In this document: piece by piece, positions 1 to 8,187 of the stretch | Numbering within the stretch: position 1 is the stretch's first letter | How the letters are laid out: each line of letters starts with the position of its first letter | Origin: a virus | Taxonomy: Duplodnaviria > Caudoviricetes | Length of the DNA: 52,680 nt | Strand: one strand, 5' to 3' | Virus record (IMG/VR): IMGVR_UViG_3300035670_000286 | Coordinates: 1 to 52,680 of that record | Translations under genes and position numbers: made by a program | Notes under the pieces: generated by a model | Told to the model about the DNA's origin: nothing | The model's input: only the letters and a program-made list of their open reading frames with translations | Databases searched by the model: none

Positions 1-256
1 AGTCATGAACATATAACATAATCATAGCATAATGCAGGACCTTTAGCAAGTCCTTACGATTCTTTCCTTCTTTCTTACCATATCGCTGTGCATACTTCAG
101 AATGTTTCCAATGCAGAATCCTTCACCGTGACCTCCATCGATGATAAATTCTGTTGCTTGGAAACGATTCTGAGAGTAATGTTGACCATATGTGGAATCA
201 ATATAATCTTTCAACTCGGCAAGAAGTTTGCCTTCATTATAACGATATTCAATCAT
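1..256 (-). CDS. DUF3310 / SaV-like protein (3' end runs off the window)
   Basis: Hand-translated, not in the ORF track: MIEYRYNEGKLLAELKDYIDSTYGQHYSQNRFQATEFIIDGGHGEGFCIGNILKYAQRYGKKEGKNRKDLLKVLHY...; matches the GFxxGNxxKYxxRxxKK...DLxK signature; AAGGA SD upstream of ATG at 256. Confidence 0.75.
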   Translation of the reverse strand, partial: MIEYRYNEGKLLAELKDYIDSTYGQHYSQNRFQATEFIIDGGHGEGFCIGNILKYAQRYGKKEGKNRKDLLKVLHYAMIMLYVHD

Positions 257-265
257 TCTATATCC

Positions 266-1183
266 TTATTTCTTGGTTTTTTTCACTTCCGAAAGTTTAG
301 TCACAGGTGCAATACTTCCGTTAACTGTGAGTCCTTGCTTAACGTCTTTCTTCATAACATCTTCTCCTGCTGTAGGTGATGCTCCAATAGCAGCAAGGGC
401 TTGCAAAGAACCACCAAAGATATATGCGCCGGCGTGTTTCAGACGAATCCAAGGAAGCAACCAAACCTTAAGTCCTGCTTTGCGCGACCACTGGCAGAAC
501 ATATAGTCTTCAGAAAGATAACGCTTGGATTCTGGATCAATAGGGCAATCAAAGTAAGCGGTGATTTCGCGAGAGCCATCAAAGTGTGTGGTGCGAACGT
601 GGTCTGGACGATAACGTTGTCCTGGATATGCTTCATCAAACTTATTGAATGTAGTTCGCTTGATCAACATGAATCCAGTACCACCTTCTTTCACTTCAAC
701 AGGCTCATCAATTCTAAATTGTGTGATACCTTCTGCTGGATTAAACACATAATCACCAACAAATTCTTCGAGTTGATTTGGATTCTTGTCCGCATAACCC
801 TTATTAACAGCAAGCCTAATCTTTTCCCAAGAGATCGCCTTCTTAGGATATGGACCGCAGATAATATCCATATTGTCGTTGTTGACTGCGAAATGCATCA
901 TCACAAGAACATCTTGTGCTTCAAAATGAATATCGCTATCGATGAACATCATATAATCAAATTCACTTCGCATGAATTCGTCTGCTAGGTAGTTTCGCGC
1001 ACGTTGAACCAATGATTCATTAAAAATGAAAAACAGTTTTGCTTCGATACCATATTTGGTACATAGAATCATTAGATCAGAAATTGCTTTGGTATAAGCA
1101 CCATGACATTGCCCACCATACATTGGTGTGGCAATAAACAATTTCTTTGTGCGGAGTTGCTTTAGGTCAAGTTCAAATTTCAT
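266..1183 (-). CDS. GT-A fold glycosyltransferase-like protein
   Basis: IATPMYGG N-terminal strand, ESLVQRARN, FIDSDI (DxD), GTGFMLIKR, LSEDYMFC and C-terminal H; start moved to ATG 1183 because a GGAGAG SD precedes it. Confidence 0.75.
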   Translation of the reverse strand: MKFELDLKQLRTKKLFIATPMYGGQCHGAYTKAISDLMILCTKYGIEAKLFFIFNESLVQRARNYLADEFMRSEFDYMMFIDSDIHFEAQDVLVMMHFAVNNDNMDIICGPYPKKAISWEKIRLAVNKGYADKNPNQLEEFVGDYVFNPAEGITQFRIDEPVEVKEGGTGFMLIKRTTFNKFDEAYPGQRYRPDHVRTTHFDGSREITAYFDCPIDPESKRYLSEDYMFCQWSRKAGLKVWLLPWIRLKHAGAYIFGGSLQALAAIGASPTAGEDVMKKDVKQGLTVNGSIAPVTKLSEVKKTKK

Positions 1184-1220
1184 ACTCTCTCCATAATTTA
1201 CTAGTTGTGATATATTATAT

Positions 1221-1256
1221 ATGCACAAAGAGGTCACAAACGTGACCTCTTTGCAT
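1221..1256 (-). terminator. Hairpin, probable intrinsic terminator after the MoxR gene
   Basis: 12-bp stem CAAAGAGGTCAC / GTGACCTCTTTG with a 4-nt loop (1226-1253); the U-tract is short. Confidence 0.65.
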
Positions 1257-1271
1257 CAGAGTGCTAACTAT

Positions 1272-2444
1272 TTAGAACGGAATTTCTTCGCTAGTCTCAT
1301 CCTTTTTCACTTCGGTAGTTGCCGTTGGATCGATACCAGCGTCAATCTTAGTGTAAAGGTCAAGGAAAGAATTCTTAGTCTCTGCATCGAAACGATTGAT
1401 ACAGTATTGAATCGCATCCATCTTATCGTTGAAGATAGTGTATGCTTCAGCGATGTGGACAAGACGGCGAGTGGAAATGATTTCATCAATCGCACCTTCT
1501 TCGAAAGTCTTACGAATGATATCAGCCCACTTCACAAGATTCTCGGCGAATGCCTTATCTTGAATGCCAAGGCTATCAAACATCTTGGAGAGAATCTTAG
1601 TCTCTACCTTGGTGTCAGGATATTCTTGTTCAACGGTAATCGGGAAACGCTCAAGGAACGCATCATCAAGAATTGTTGCAGCCATGTAGCGACCAGTCTC
1701 GTCACCCTTACCCTTGGTGTTAGCGGTAGCCACTACGTTGAAACCTTTCGCAGGTTCAACATACTCACCCGTCTTCTTGATCAGAACACCCTTACCTTCA
1801 AGAATGCCTTGCAGACACATTAGTTTGTTCGAACCACGGTCGATTTCATCAAGCACCAGAACAGAACCACGCTTCATTGCTTGAATGACAGGACCATCGA
1901 ACCACTTAGTCTCACCGTCAATCAAACGGAAGCCACCAATCAGATCATCCTCATCAGTCTCAGGTGAAATATTCACACGGAGAAATTCGCGCTTGGCTTG
2001 GGCGCAGGCTTGTTCGACCATGAAAGTCTTGCCGTTGCCAGAGAGACCAGAAACGAAAGTAGGATAGAATCGCTGGCTAGTGATAATCGCCTTCATCTTG
2101 TCAAAGAAACCGAACGGCACATAGAGTGCATTCACCTTCGGAATAATTGCACCTTCTTCAACACGGCTGACGGATGCAATTTTTGTAGCAGGCTTCACTT
2201 CAGCCACGGGAGTTTGTTTTGGCATTTCAATAACCTTGGCGGAAACAGCATTCAGATTGATACTGAATTCATCAAGCGGAAGTTGATACTGACCGCGACC
2301 AACCCGATACTTATCACTTTCAAGCCAGAAGTGGCGACCGAATCCCTCATCGGCAAGGGATACGATTTGCTGGCGAGTCACAACACTACCGAAACGATTT
2401 GCAGCCTCAGTAAGAAACGCAACTTTTTGTTCACGGCTAATCAT
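1272..2444 (-). CDS. cobS: MoxR-family AAA+ ATPase (phage 'CobS-like') with an extra N-terminal domain
   Basis: Walker A GLSGNGKT, DLIGG, Walker B LVLDEID, ATANTKG, AFLERF, ISTRRL sensor-2; adjacent to a VWA partner. Confidence 0.88.
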   Translation of the reverse strand: MISREQKVAFLTEAANRFGSVVTRQQIVSLADEGFGRHFWLESDKYRVGRGQYQLPLDEFSINLNAVSAKVIEMPKQTPVAEVKPATKIASVSRVEEGAIIPKVNALYVPFGFFDKMKAIITSQRFYPTFVSGLSGNGKTFMVEQACAQAKREFLRVNISPETDEDDLIGGFRLIDGETKWFDGPVIQAMKRGSVLVLDEIDRGSNKLMCLQGILEGKGVLIKKTGEYVEPAKGFNVVATANTKGKGDETGRYMAATILDDAFLERFPITVEQEYPDTKVETKILSKMFDSLGIQDKAFAENLVKWADIIRKTFEEGAIDEIISTRRLVHIAEAYTIFNDKMDAIQYCINRFDAETKNSFLDLYTKIDAGIDPTATTEVKKDETSEEIPF

Positions 2445-2495
2445 TACAAAGTTTCCTTTCAGGTTTCAGAACAGATCATCATCATTACAGGAGTA

Positions 2496-2524
2496 ATTAT
2501 ACTCCATTTTTTACGGCATGTCAA
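2496..2524 (-). promoter_or_regulatory. sigma70-type early promoter for the MoxR gene
   Basis: TTGACA (2524-2519) - 17 bp - TATAAT (2501-2496); perfect consensus. Confidence 0.85.
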
Positions 2525-4686
2525 GCGATTTCTTCAATTACTTTTGACAGGAGAACACGGTTAGTCAAGCGGTTTTTGTTCATCTTGAGAAACGCACCCT
2601 TAAGTTTGCGGGTACTAACTTGAGTGTTGTTTTCTCCCAACAGATCATCCAAGTCTTCATCTTCAACGGACAAATCATTACCACCAGGAATCAGGAAGTA
2701 TTGATCATATCCATAATTGTTAATCGCGAAAAACTTTTCAGTCTTGAATGCTTGGAACGATTCATTGCTAATCGGCATGGAGAATCGCATGAGTGCATTA
2801 TCAAAGTAACGGCGGCGAGTCGGAAGGATATAGAATCCAATCAAATTGCAACCAGTCTTGTCCTTGAGAATTTCAAGCAAAGTCGGAGTGATACCCGAAT
2901 CGCTTACGCGATACTTTTTGCACATTTGCTTATCTTCAAGATACGAAACGCTGTAGCGAGTTGTCGCACCGATACGCTTTGTTTCACCGCCATACATATT
3001 CTCGGAGTGAGTCCACATGTTATCGGAGTCTTCGCCGTCAGTCAGAAACATAACGTCAACAATTTCAGCCTTGTAAGACTTACGGAAGTTGTTGACAATA
3101 CCAGCGGCAGAGATAATGCATTGGTTCAGAGGAGTGCCACCAAGCCCAAATTTATCATTGATGTAACCACGCTTATAGTAATTTGCAATCAATGCGCCGT
3201 AGTTCAACATGTCATTTGCCATGCGGCGATATTCCATGTTCTTCATTCGGCTAGAAAACAAATTCAACAGGCACCAGCCATTTTCAAGTGCAAGCGAACC
3301 CTTTTCATTCTTAACCGCATCACGGTTTTTACTTCCACCGTTATCGTGGTATGCAGTAGAGAAAGCATACACTTCGAACGGAATATTCACTTTTCGGCAG
3401 AATGTCGTTAGTGTGATTAACTGTTCGATAGTGCCTTGCATGTTGTCTTGCATGGAACCAGACCAGTCAACGAACATCACAATACCGTGATTCTTACCAG
3501 CAGAAACAGAACCTACCTTACGGAAGATATCGTCATTGAATTTATAAGTGTGCAACTTGTTGGTATCAAGGACACCAGTATCAGAGACAGTCACACGGCG
3601 CAATTCAGCAGCCTTCTTCTTCATTTCGAATTCTTTGACAAGGTATGCAATTGCATTCTTGTTCTTTGCTTCGAATTCAGAAATCATACCAGCCTTGTAT
3701 TCGCCATCAGTATAAGTTTCTGTAGCGAACACTTTGCCTACGATATTCTTGAAAGGAATGATCAGATTAGAGTAATTGAATTGCGACATGGAAGGCATTG
3801 AACCGACCATCAATTCTTTTTGTTCAGTCAGAGACTTCAGAGCCTTTTGCAAGGTTTCATCTGTAGCAGCCTTGACTTCATCATACTGCGCTAATTCTTT
3901 TGGATCGCGATACTCTGGTGAGCCAGACTTTGAATAGCCATTGTCAAAATCATTGTCAAAATCATCATCATTAAAGCCATCGCCATCTTCGCTTTCGTTA
4001 GGATTTCCATATTCAAAATCATCATTCGATTGACTATCACCGAATTCATCATCGAATTCATCATCGAATTCGCCTGCTTCTACTTTAGCCTGAAAGTCTT
4101 CCATCGCCTCTTGGCGCTTTTCTTCCAGTTCCTCTTTGCAGTAGTCATACAATTCCTTGCAGACTGCAATTACATCATCGAATGTTTCGCAAGCGGCGAC
4201 CTTCTTCACCAAAACCGTTTCAGGTTCATTGAAATTGACAGGGAAGAAAGGACCAATCTTGAAATACAAATTGATTCGGTCAATCAGTAGCATCTTAGAA
4301 ACATCTTTGCCATTGACTTCAAAGAAGTCGCGGCTCATGAATTCTTGATAGCCTTTAGAGAAGGATCGCTTGAGACCTGGATAACGATCCTTGATGCGGC
4401 GTTCAATCCGCGCATCTTCAACTACGTTCAGAAAGGTTTTAAAACCATTGCCGTATGATTGAAGTTCCTTGTCGCCATATTCACGCGGCGTATCAAGGGC
4501 GTGACCAACCTCATGACCAATCATCAGGTCAGTCATTTCAGAGGTAAGGTCGTTCCAGATAGGGAGGGTTAGTGTGCGAGTGGCTACGTTAAAGGCAGCC
4601 GTTTGAGCCTTGCGATACTCTACCGTGATATTTTCGGTAGCGAGAAGTTTCGCAAGGGTTGACTTTGAATTCAGAAGATTTTCCAT
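2521..4686 (-). CDS. 'CobT-like' protein: N-terminal HExxH metallopeptidase domain, acidic linker, C-terminal VWA domain
   Basis: HEVGH followed by NVVEDARIE; Asp/Glu-rich linker; MIDAS DWSGS...GGTPL...LTDGE. Confidence 0.85.
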   Translation of the reverse strand: MENLLNSKSTLAKLLATENITVEYRKAQTAAFNVATRTLTLPIWNDLTSEMTDLMIGHEVGHALDTPREYGDKELQSYGNGFKTFLNVVEDARIERRIKDRYPGLKRSFSKGYQEFMSRDFFEVNGKDVSKMLLIDRINLYFKIGPFFPVNFNEPETVLVKKVAACETFDDVIAVCKELYDYCKEELEEKRQEAMEDFQAKVEAGEFDDEFDDEFGDSQSNDDFEYGNPNESEDGDGFNDDDFDNDFDNGYSKSGSPEYRDPKELAQYDEVKAATDETLQKALKSLTEQKELMVGSMPSMSQFNYSNLIIPFKNIVGKVFATETYTDGEYKAGMISEFEAKNKNAIAYLVKEFEMKKKAAELRRVTVSDTGVLDTNKLHTYKFNDDIFRKVGSVSAGKNHGIVMFVDWSGSMQDNMQGTIEQLITLTTFCRKVNIPFEVYAFSTAYHDNGGSKNRDAVKNEKGSLALENGWCLLNLFSSRMKNMEYRRMANDMLNYGALIANYYKRGYINDKFGLGGTPLNQCIISAAGIVNNFRKSYKAEIVDVMFLTDGEDSDNMWTHSENMYGGETKRIGATTRYSVSYLEDKQMCKKYRVSDSGITPTLLEILKDKTGCNLIGFYILPTRRRYFDNALMRFSMPISNESFQAFKTEKFFAINNYGYDQYFLIPGGNDLSVEDEDLDDLLGENNTQVSTRKLKGAFLKMNKNRLTNRVLLSKVIEEIA
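3939..4071. repeat. Short 12-bp tandem repeats encoding the acidic linker (DNDF and DDEF units)
   Basis: CATTGTCAAAAT x2 near 3939-3962 and CGAATTCATCAT x2.5 at 4041-4071. Confidence 0.7.
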
Positions 4687-4710
4687 TTTGTCCTCAATCA
4701 GTATGTATGT

Positions 4711-4739
4711 ATCATATCACACTAGATTGGTAATGTCAA
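4711..4739 (-). promoter_or_regulatory. sigma70-type early promoter for the peptidase-VWA gene
   Basis: TTGACA (4739-4734) - 17 bp - TATGAT (4716-4711). Confidence 0.8.
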
Positions 4740-5119
4740 GCGTAAGCCGCTTTGACGGCTTCATCAATCAACTTGATTTGGTCAAGCAATTTTTGCTTAG
4801 CCTCGCCTGTTTCAGAATCGGCAATTTCTTCAAGCACCATTCGCTCTTCCATCATGTTGCCAACGTCAGCACCAATGTATGGGTTAGCAGGCTTTGCTTT
4901 GGGGGTAAAAGTAGAAGGTTGCTTCCATTGAATCTTGCCGTAGAACCAACTCGGTACAGTTACTTGCACCTTGTAGTCCTTACCAATGAAACGAACACTT
5001 GCAACCGTGAGAGGCATCCAAGCCTCTAGGTTAGTCTCGGTGTTCAGGAAGAGAATTGCTTTAGCGGTCTTCGCTTTGGAAACACCGCGCATCGACCATA
5101 GTGTAACTGTCTGTCCCAT
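4736..5119 (-). CDS. Hypothetical early protein (~127 aa)
   Basis: ORF-track frame; ATG 5119 (MGQTVTLW) has a GAGAGGA SD and its own promoter. Confidence 0.7.
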   Translation of the reverse strand: MGQTVTLWSMRGVSKAKTAKAILFLNTETNLEAWMPLTVASVRFIGKDYKVQVTVPSWFYGKIQWKQPSTFTPKAKPANPYIGADVGNMMEERMVLEEIADSETGEAKQKLLDQIKLIDEAVKAAYA

Positions 5120-5147
5120 ATCATCCTCTCTCAACTCAACATAGTCT

Positions 5148-5175
5148 ATTATACACCTATGGGAGAGGAAGTCAA
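5148..5175 (-). promoter_or_regulatory. sigma70-type early promoter
   Basis: TTGACT (5175-5170) - 16 bp - TATAAT (5153-5148), with A/T tracts upstream (UP-element-like). Confidence 0.7.
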
Positions 5176-5224
5176 CAACTTTTTTAGGTAAAGTTGCAAA
5201 AAAACGACAGAAAAATCACTTAAA

Positions 5225-5237
5225 AATCAATAACTTA
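5225..5237 (+). promoter_or_regulatory. IHF consensus site
   Basis: AATCAATAACTTA matches WATCAANNNNTTR, with A-tracts on its 5' side; about 50 bp upstream of the early promoter -35. Confidence 0.55.
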
Positions 5238-5405
5238 TAGGATTTTTGGGTTTTTTCTCACTTTTTCGGTAGGATTTCCTCCGCATTCCTTGCAAATTAC
5301 CTGTAAGTGTTGCTTTTTTGATGCTCGGTCGAGGTCCTCTCGCTTGAAAAAATAACCGTTCGATGGTTTGTCTTTCTTGCACTTGGGACAAAAGAGTGTT
5401 TTCAT
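5235..5405 (-). CDS. Small zinc-ribbon protein (56 aa)
   Basis: Hand-translated: MKTLFCPKCKKDKPSNGYFFKREDLDRASKKQHLQVICKECGGNPTEKVRKNPKIL; CxxC...CxxC; ATGA overlap with the MTase stop. Confidence 0.7.
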   Translation of the reverse strand: MKTLFCPKCKKDKPSNGYFFKREDLDRASKKQHLQVICKECGGNPTEKVRKNPKIL

Positions 5406-6964
5406 GGCTTGTAGAATACAAAAATGGGTTCATATTTCAACCACATGCCGTTGACCTTACAAAAATTCTTCGCTTTAGGAAGTCCAGTCCCAGGATCGAT
5501 GCGGTTACCTCCAGGCATTTGTGCGAGAGACATTTTAAGAATGCCTTTATACTCCATGCCAAGTTCTCTGAGAATATTTATACTATCTTGTTCGAGTGGC
5601 AGCATGTCATTACCAAACTTTGCATCAGCAATGTTCCAAAGAAGATAACGATCATTGCGTAACCACTCTACTGCGGTTGTCAAAGTTGGTCGCAAGAAAC
5701 CTTCGCGCCATGCATCATATCCCGTAAACTTTTTATACGATTGTGTTGGGTCTTCGCTATACGCCTCTTTAGCAAAGTAAGGAGGTGAAGTGAACACCAT
5801 GTCTAACTTGCCTTTGTATTCTTGGAATCGTTTGTCTTCTCCAATGACTTCAGAACCCAATTGATATATGTCGAAAGTATTGGAACTCTCAAACAATACT
5901 CCAGAGTTCTTGGCGGCATTATAGAAATTAGCCAGATCGGCATACTTAGTAGAAGTATCACCACTATCGCTCCTAATAGTGTGATCAGTATTAGGATCAG
6001 TACCAACATAATGTAAGGGAGTGCTACTACGGACAGACATAGCACCGAGAATACGACCGCCCCAACCACTAGAGGGATCGTAAACCACAATTCTATCTTG
6101 TCCCTGAATGTGCTTTGTGAATTTTTCATAGAGATATTTTGCAGTCAATGGAGGAAAATTTACTGCGTATTGACACCACGATACGCGGAATGCTTTGAAG
6201 CCAAGAGGAAAAATTCTTTGTCCTAACTTGTATAAACGAATGCGATACTTCGATTGCTTCGCTTGAATATTCTTTAGGGTGTGTTCTTGACAAATGGTCA
6301 AGTTCGAAATTTCAAGATACTTTGCATCTTTGAGTTCTTCATTATAGCCAGTATACTCTTCGTCTTCGTCACGCGATTCTACCCAATAGTCATAACCGTA
6401 TTGACGAATGCTATTGTCTTCGAACCATTGAACGAATTCATCGCCTGTCTTGAATTTCTTTTTGTGTGTGCCGAACGTGAGAACCTCACCTACCTTAACT
6501 GTGTTAGAGTAGTGATAGAATGAATCACGCTTGTAATGTCTGCGGGCATACTTAAGAGTTTTGTCTAGCAAATCATCACGAACGAAATGGTCATAGATTG
6601 AAAGCCCGTCATCATTCTTAGTATAGTTGATGCGAGTCTTCATCATTGTAGGAAACCATTGATTAGCCGCATTACCAACAACGCTAGTGTTACGAATTAT
6701 ATCTTTCTCACCAGTCAGTTCATCGACTTGTTCGAATTCATGAACGGGAAAGCCATACATTTCTCGAAATTGCTTTCGAATTTCGTCTTCGTCCCAACCA
6801 ACCCTTGGAGGTTGATTAAGATTATCCCACGCATGAACAACCGCTTTACGCAAGTCAATAAACCATTGCTTGAATTCATCATCCGTCATCCATTGAATTT
6901 GTTCAAACGTCTTGTTTGTTTCGTGATTTAACAGCCAATCGTTTCGTTCATAAAAATGTTTCAT
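5402..6964 (-). CDS. SAM-dependent DNA amino-methyltransferase (N4-C/N6-A type) with a long N-terminal extension
   Basis: Motif I VYDPSSGWGGR and catalytic motif IV FTSPPYF; start at ATG 6964 by ATGA coupling. Confidence 0.8.
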   Translation of the reverse strand: MKHFYERNDWLLNHETNKTFEQIQWMTDDEFKQWFIDLRKAVVHAWDNLNQPPRVGWDEDEIRKQFREMYGFPVHEFEQVDELTGEKDIIRNTSVVGNAANQWFPTMMKTRINYTKNDDGLSIYDHFVRDDLLDKTLKYARRHYKRDSFYHYSNTVKVGEVLTFGTHKKKFKTGDEFVQWFEDNSIRQYGYDYWVESRDEDEEYTGYNEELKDAKYLEISNLTICQEHTLKNIQAKQSKYRIRLYKLGQRIFPLGFKAFRVSWCQYAVNFPPLTAKYLYEKFTKHIQGQDRIVVYDPSSGWGGRILGAMSVRSSTPLHYVGTDPNTDHTIRSDSGDTSTKYADLANFYNAAKNSGVLFESSNTFDIYQLGSEVIGEDKRFQEYKGKLDMVFTSPPYFAKEAYSEDPTQSYKKFTGYDAWREGFLRPTLTTAVEWLRNDRYLLWNIADAKFGNDMLPLEQDSINILRELGMEYKGILKMSLAQMPGGNRIDPGTGLPKAKNFCKVNGMWLKYEPIFVFYKP

Positions 6965-7128
6965 AGGTCCCATTCACAGTTCGCATACCATATCGATTCA
7001 TATACACTTTTGCTTCGTTTAAATTCTTCAAAAAAGAATGTCATGAATTCTAGTTCAAGTCCACACTCTTTAGCCCATTCAAGTGATGCAATAAAGTCTT
7101 TTGCAGTCTTAATATCATCTTCATTCAT
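6961..7128 (-). CDS. Hypothetical protein (55 aa)
   Basis: MNEDDIKTAKDF...CEWDL; ATGAATGA coupling to the upstream gene and ATGA coupling downstream. Confidence 0.6.
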   Translation of the reverse strand: MNEDDIKTAKDFIASLEWAKECGLELEFMTFFFEEFKRSKSVYESIWYANCEWDL

Positions 7129-7294
7129 CGGAGTATTCTCTTCCACACTCAAATGCGGCTTGAAGCCATTCAATCATGCGTTCACGTTTAATATAGTCTA
7201 ACGCTTGAAACTCATCATGAAATCTTTCGAGCCTTAAGCAATATCCTTCTATCTCTTTAAAGTAGTCTTCAAATTTTTCGTATTTGTATTTCAT
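7121..7294 (-). CDS. Hypothetical protein (57 aa)
   Basis: Hand-translated MKYKYEKFEDYFKEIEGYCLRLERFHDEFQALDYIKRERMIEWLQAAFECGREYSDE; fills the gap exactly, with stop/start overlaps at both ends. Confidence 0.65.
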   Translation of the reverse strand: MKYKYEKFEDYFKEIEGYCLRLERFHDEFQALDYIKRERMIEWLQAAFECGREYSDE

Positions 7295-7512
7295 AGAAAA
7301 TCGTATGTCTTCTCAAAAATTTCTTTGTCGCAAATATACAGTTCGCCATCGATGCCTTTCATCAGATAGTCGCCTGCTTTACCTTGCTTGTAATTTCCTT
7401 CGAGTGTATTAACTCGAAATTCTTCTTCAATCTGTTTTGCTTGAACAACAATGGGTCGCTTCATGCAATTACTCATGTTGTCAACAGATTCAAACGTGTC
7501 AAAAACTTTCAT
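7291..7512 (-). CDS. Small conserved phage protein (PGDYG-like family)
   Basis: TLEG...AGDYL...GELYIC..EIFEKTY pattern; AGGAG SD. Confidence 0.65.
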   Translation of the reverse strand: MKVFDTFESVDNMSNCMKRPIVVQAKQIEEEFRVNTLEGNYKQGKAGDYLMKGIDGELYICDKEIFEKTYDFL

Positions 7513-7619
7513 TTTAAAACTCCTATAATCATTCCTATCATCGGTATGATGACAAGTAACAGTCCAAATATCACTATAGCGAATAAAATTAGACTAATTG
7601 CTTTACTGATATATTGCAT
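7509..7619 (-). CDS. Putative 36-aa single-pass membrane peptide
   Basis: Hand-translated MQYISKAISLILFAIVIFGLLLVIIPMIGMIIGVLK; ATGA overlap with the next gene; no clear SD. Confidence 0.45.
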   Translation of the reverse strand: MQYISKAISLILFAIVIFGLLLVIIPMIGMIIGVLK

Positions 7620-8038
7620 TTATTTAGGAAATCTATTCCGTCATTGTTGCGATATGCTTCACCATAGAAGACTTCTTGTATACCGCTTTGATATATCATT
7701 TTAGCACATTCTAAGCATGGAGCGCAAGTGATAAACATACTTGCACCATCACCACTTTCGGTAGACCTAGCCAACTTTGCGATTGCGTTTGATTCTGCGT
7801 GTAGAACCTCAGGCTTTGTTTTTAGGGTAGGACCGTCACCTTGCAAATAAGGAAGTGTTGGAGTTATTACGTCTTCGCATTCGTTAGTCCATCCACTTGG
7901 CATACCATTGTACCCAATGGAAATGATGCGGTTGTCTTTTACAACAACCGCACCCACCTGCTTTCGCTTTGCGGTGCTGAGTTCTGCAAAGACCTTTGCG
8001 GTCTTCATGTATGCACCGAGGTATTTTTCTTTAATCAT
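7589..8038 (-). CDS. cd: dCMP deaminase
   Basis: KQVGAV, IGYNG, HAESNAI and PCLECAK zinc motifs. Confidence 0.92.
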   Translation of the reverse strand: MIKEKYLGAYMKTAKVFAELSTAKRKQVGAVVVKDNRIISIGYNGMPSGWTNECEDVITPTLPYLQGDGPTLKTKPEVLHAESNAIAKLARSTESGDGASMFITCAPCLECAKMIYQSGIQEVFYGEAYRNNDGIDFLNKCNISVKQLV

Positions 8039-8187
8039 ATTACTGTATTTTCACTAACAACGTAAACTTTCCAATTTGGATGTTTTTTTGATAAACTTTC
8101 TGCCTTTTGAAGAAGATGGTCTTTGCTTTTACTTTTATCTTTCACAAAAGTTTTGTCTTTAGTTTTAACAACGATTTTATATTTCAT
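8035..8187 (-). CDS. Hypothetical basic protein (50 aa)
   Basis: Hand-translated MKYKIVVKTKDKTFVKDKVKSKDHLLQKAESLSKKHPNWKVYVVSENTVI; ATGA overlaps at both ends. Confidence 0.6.
   Translation of the reverse strand: MKYKIVVKTKDKTFVKDKSKSKDHLLQKAESLSKKHPNWKVYVVSENTVI

Noticed and set aside
1184-1237. Longer N-termini given by the ORF track (here, and at 5134, 6973, 7173 and 16399)
   Set aside because: The extensions run through a terminator or overlap neighbouring genes or SD sites; downstream starts have SD sequences or stop/start coupling.
1259-1267. TTAGCACTC, an exact CIRCE (HrcA) half-site
   Set aside because: The second arm 9 bp away reads GAGGTCACG rather than GAGTGCTAA, so there is no complete operator.
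1272-4686. Cobalamin biosynthesis AMGs (cobS/cobT)
   Set aside because: No cobN or other cob genes in the window, and the partner has a peptidase-VWA architecture; treated as a MoxR-VWA system.
5227-5433. 68-aa minus-strand ORF in the track
   Set aside because: An alternative frame (5235-5405) gives a CxxC-CxxC protein with ATGA coupling and is much more plausible.
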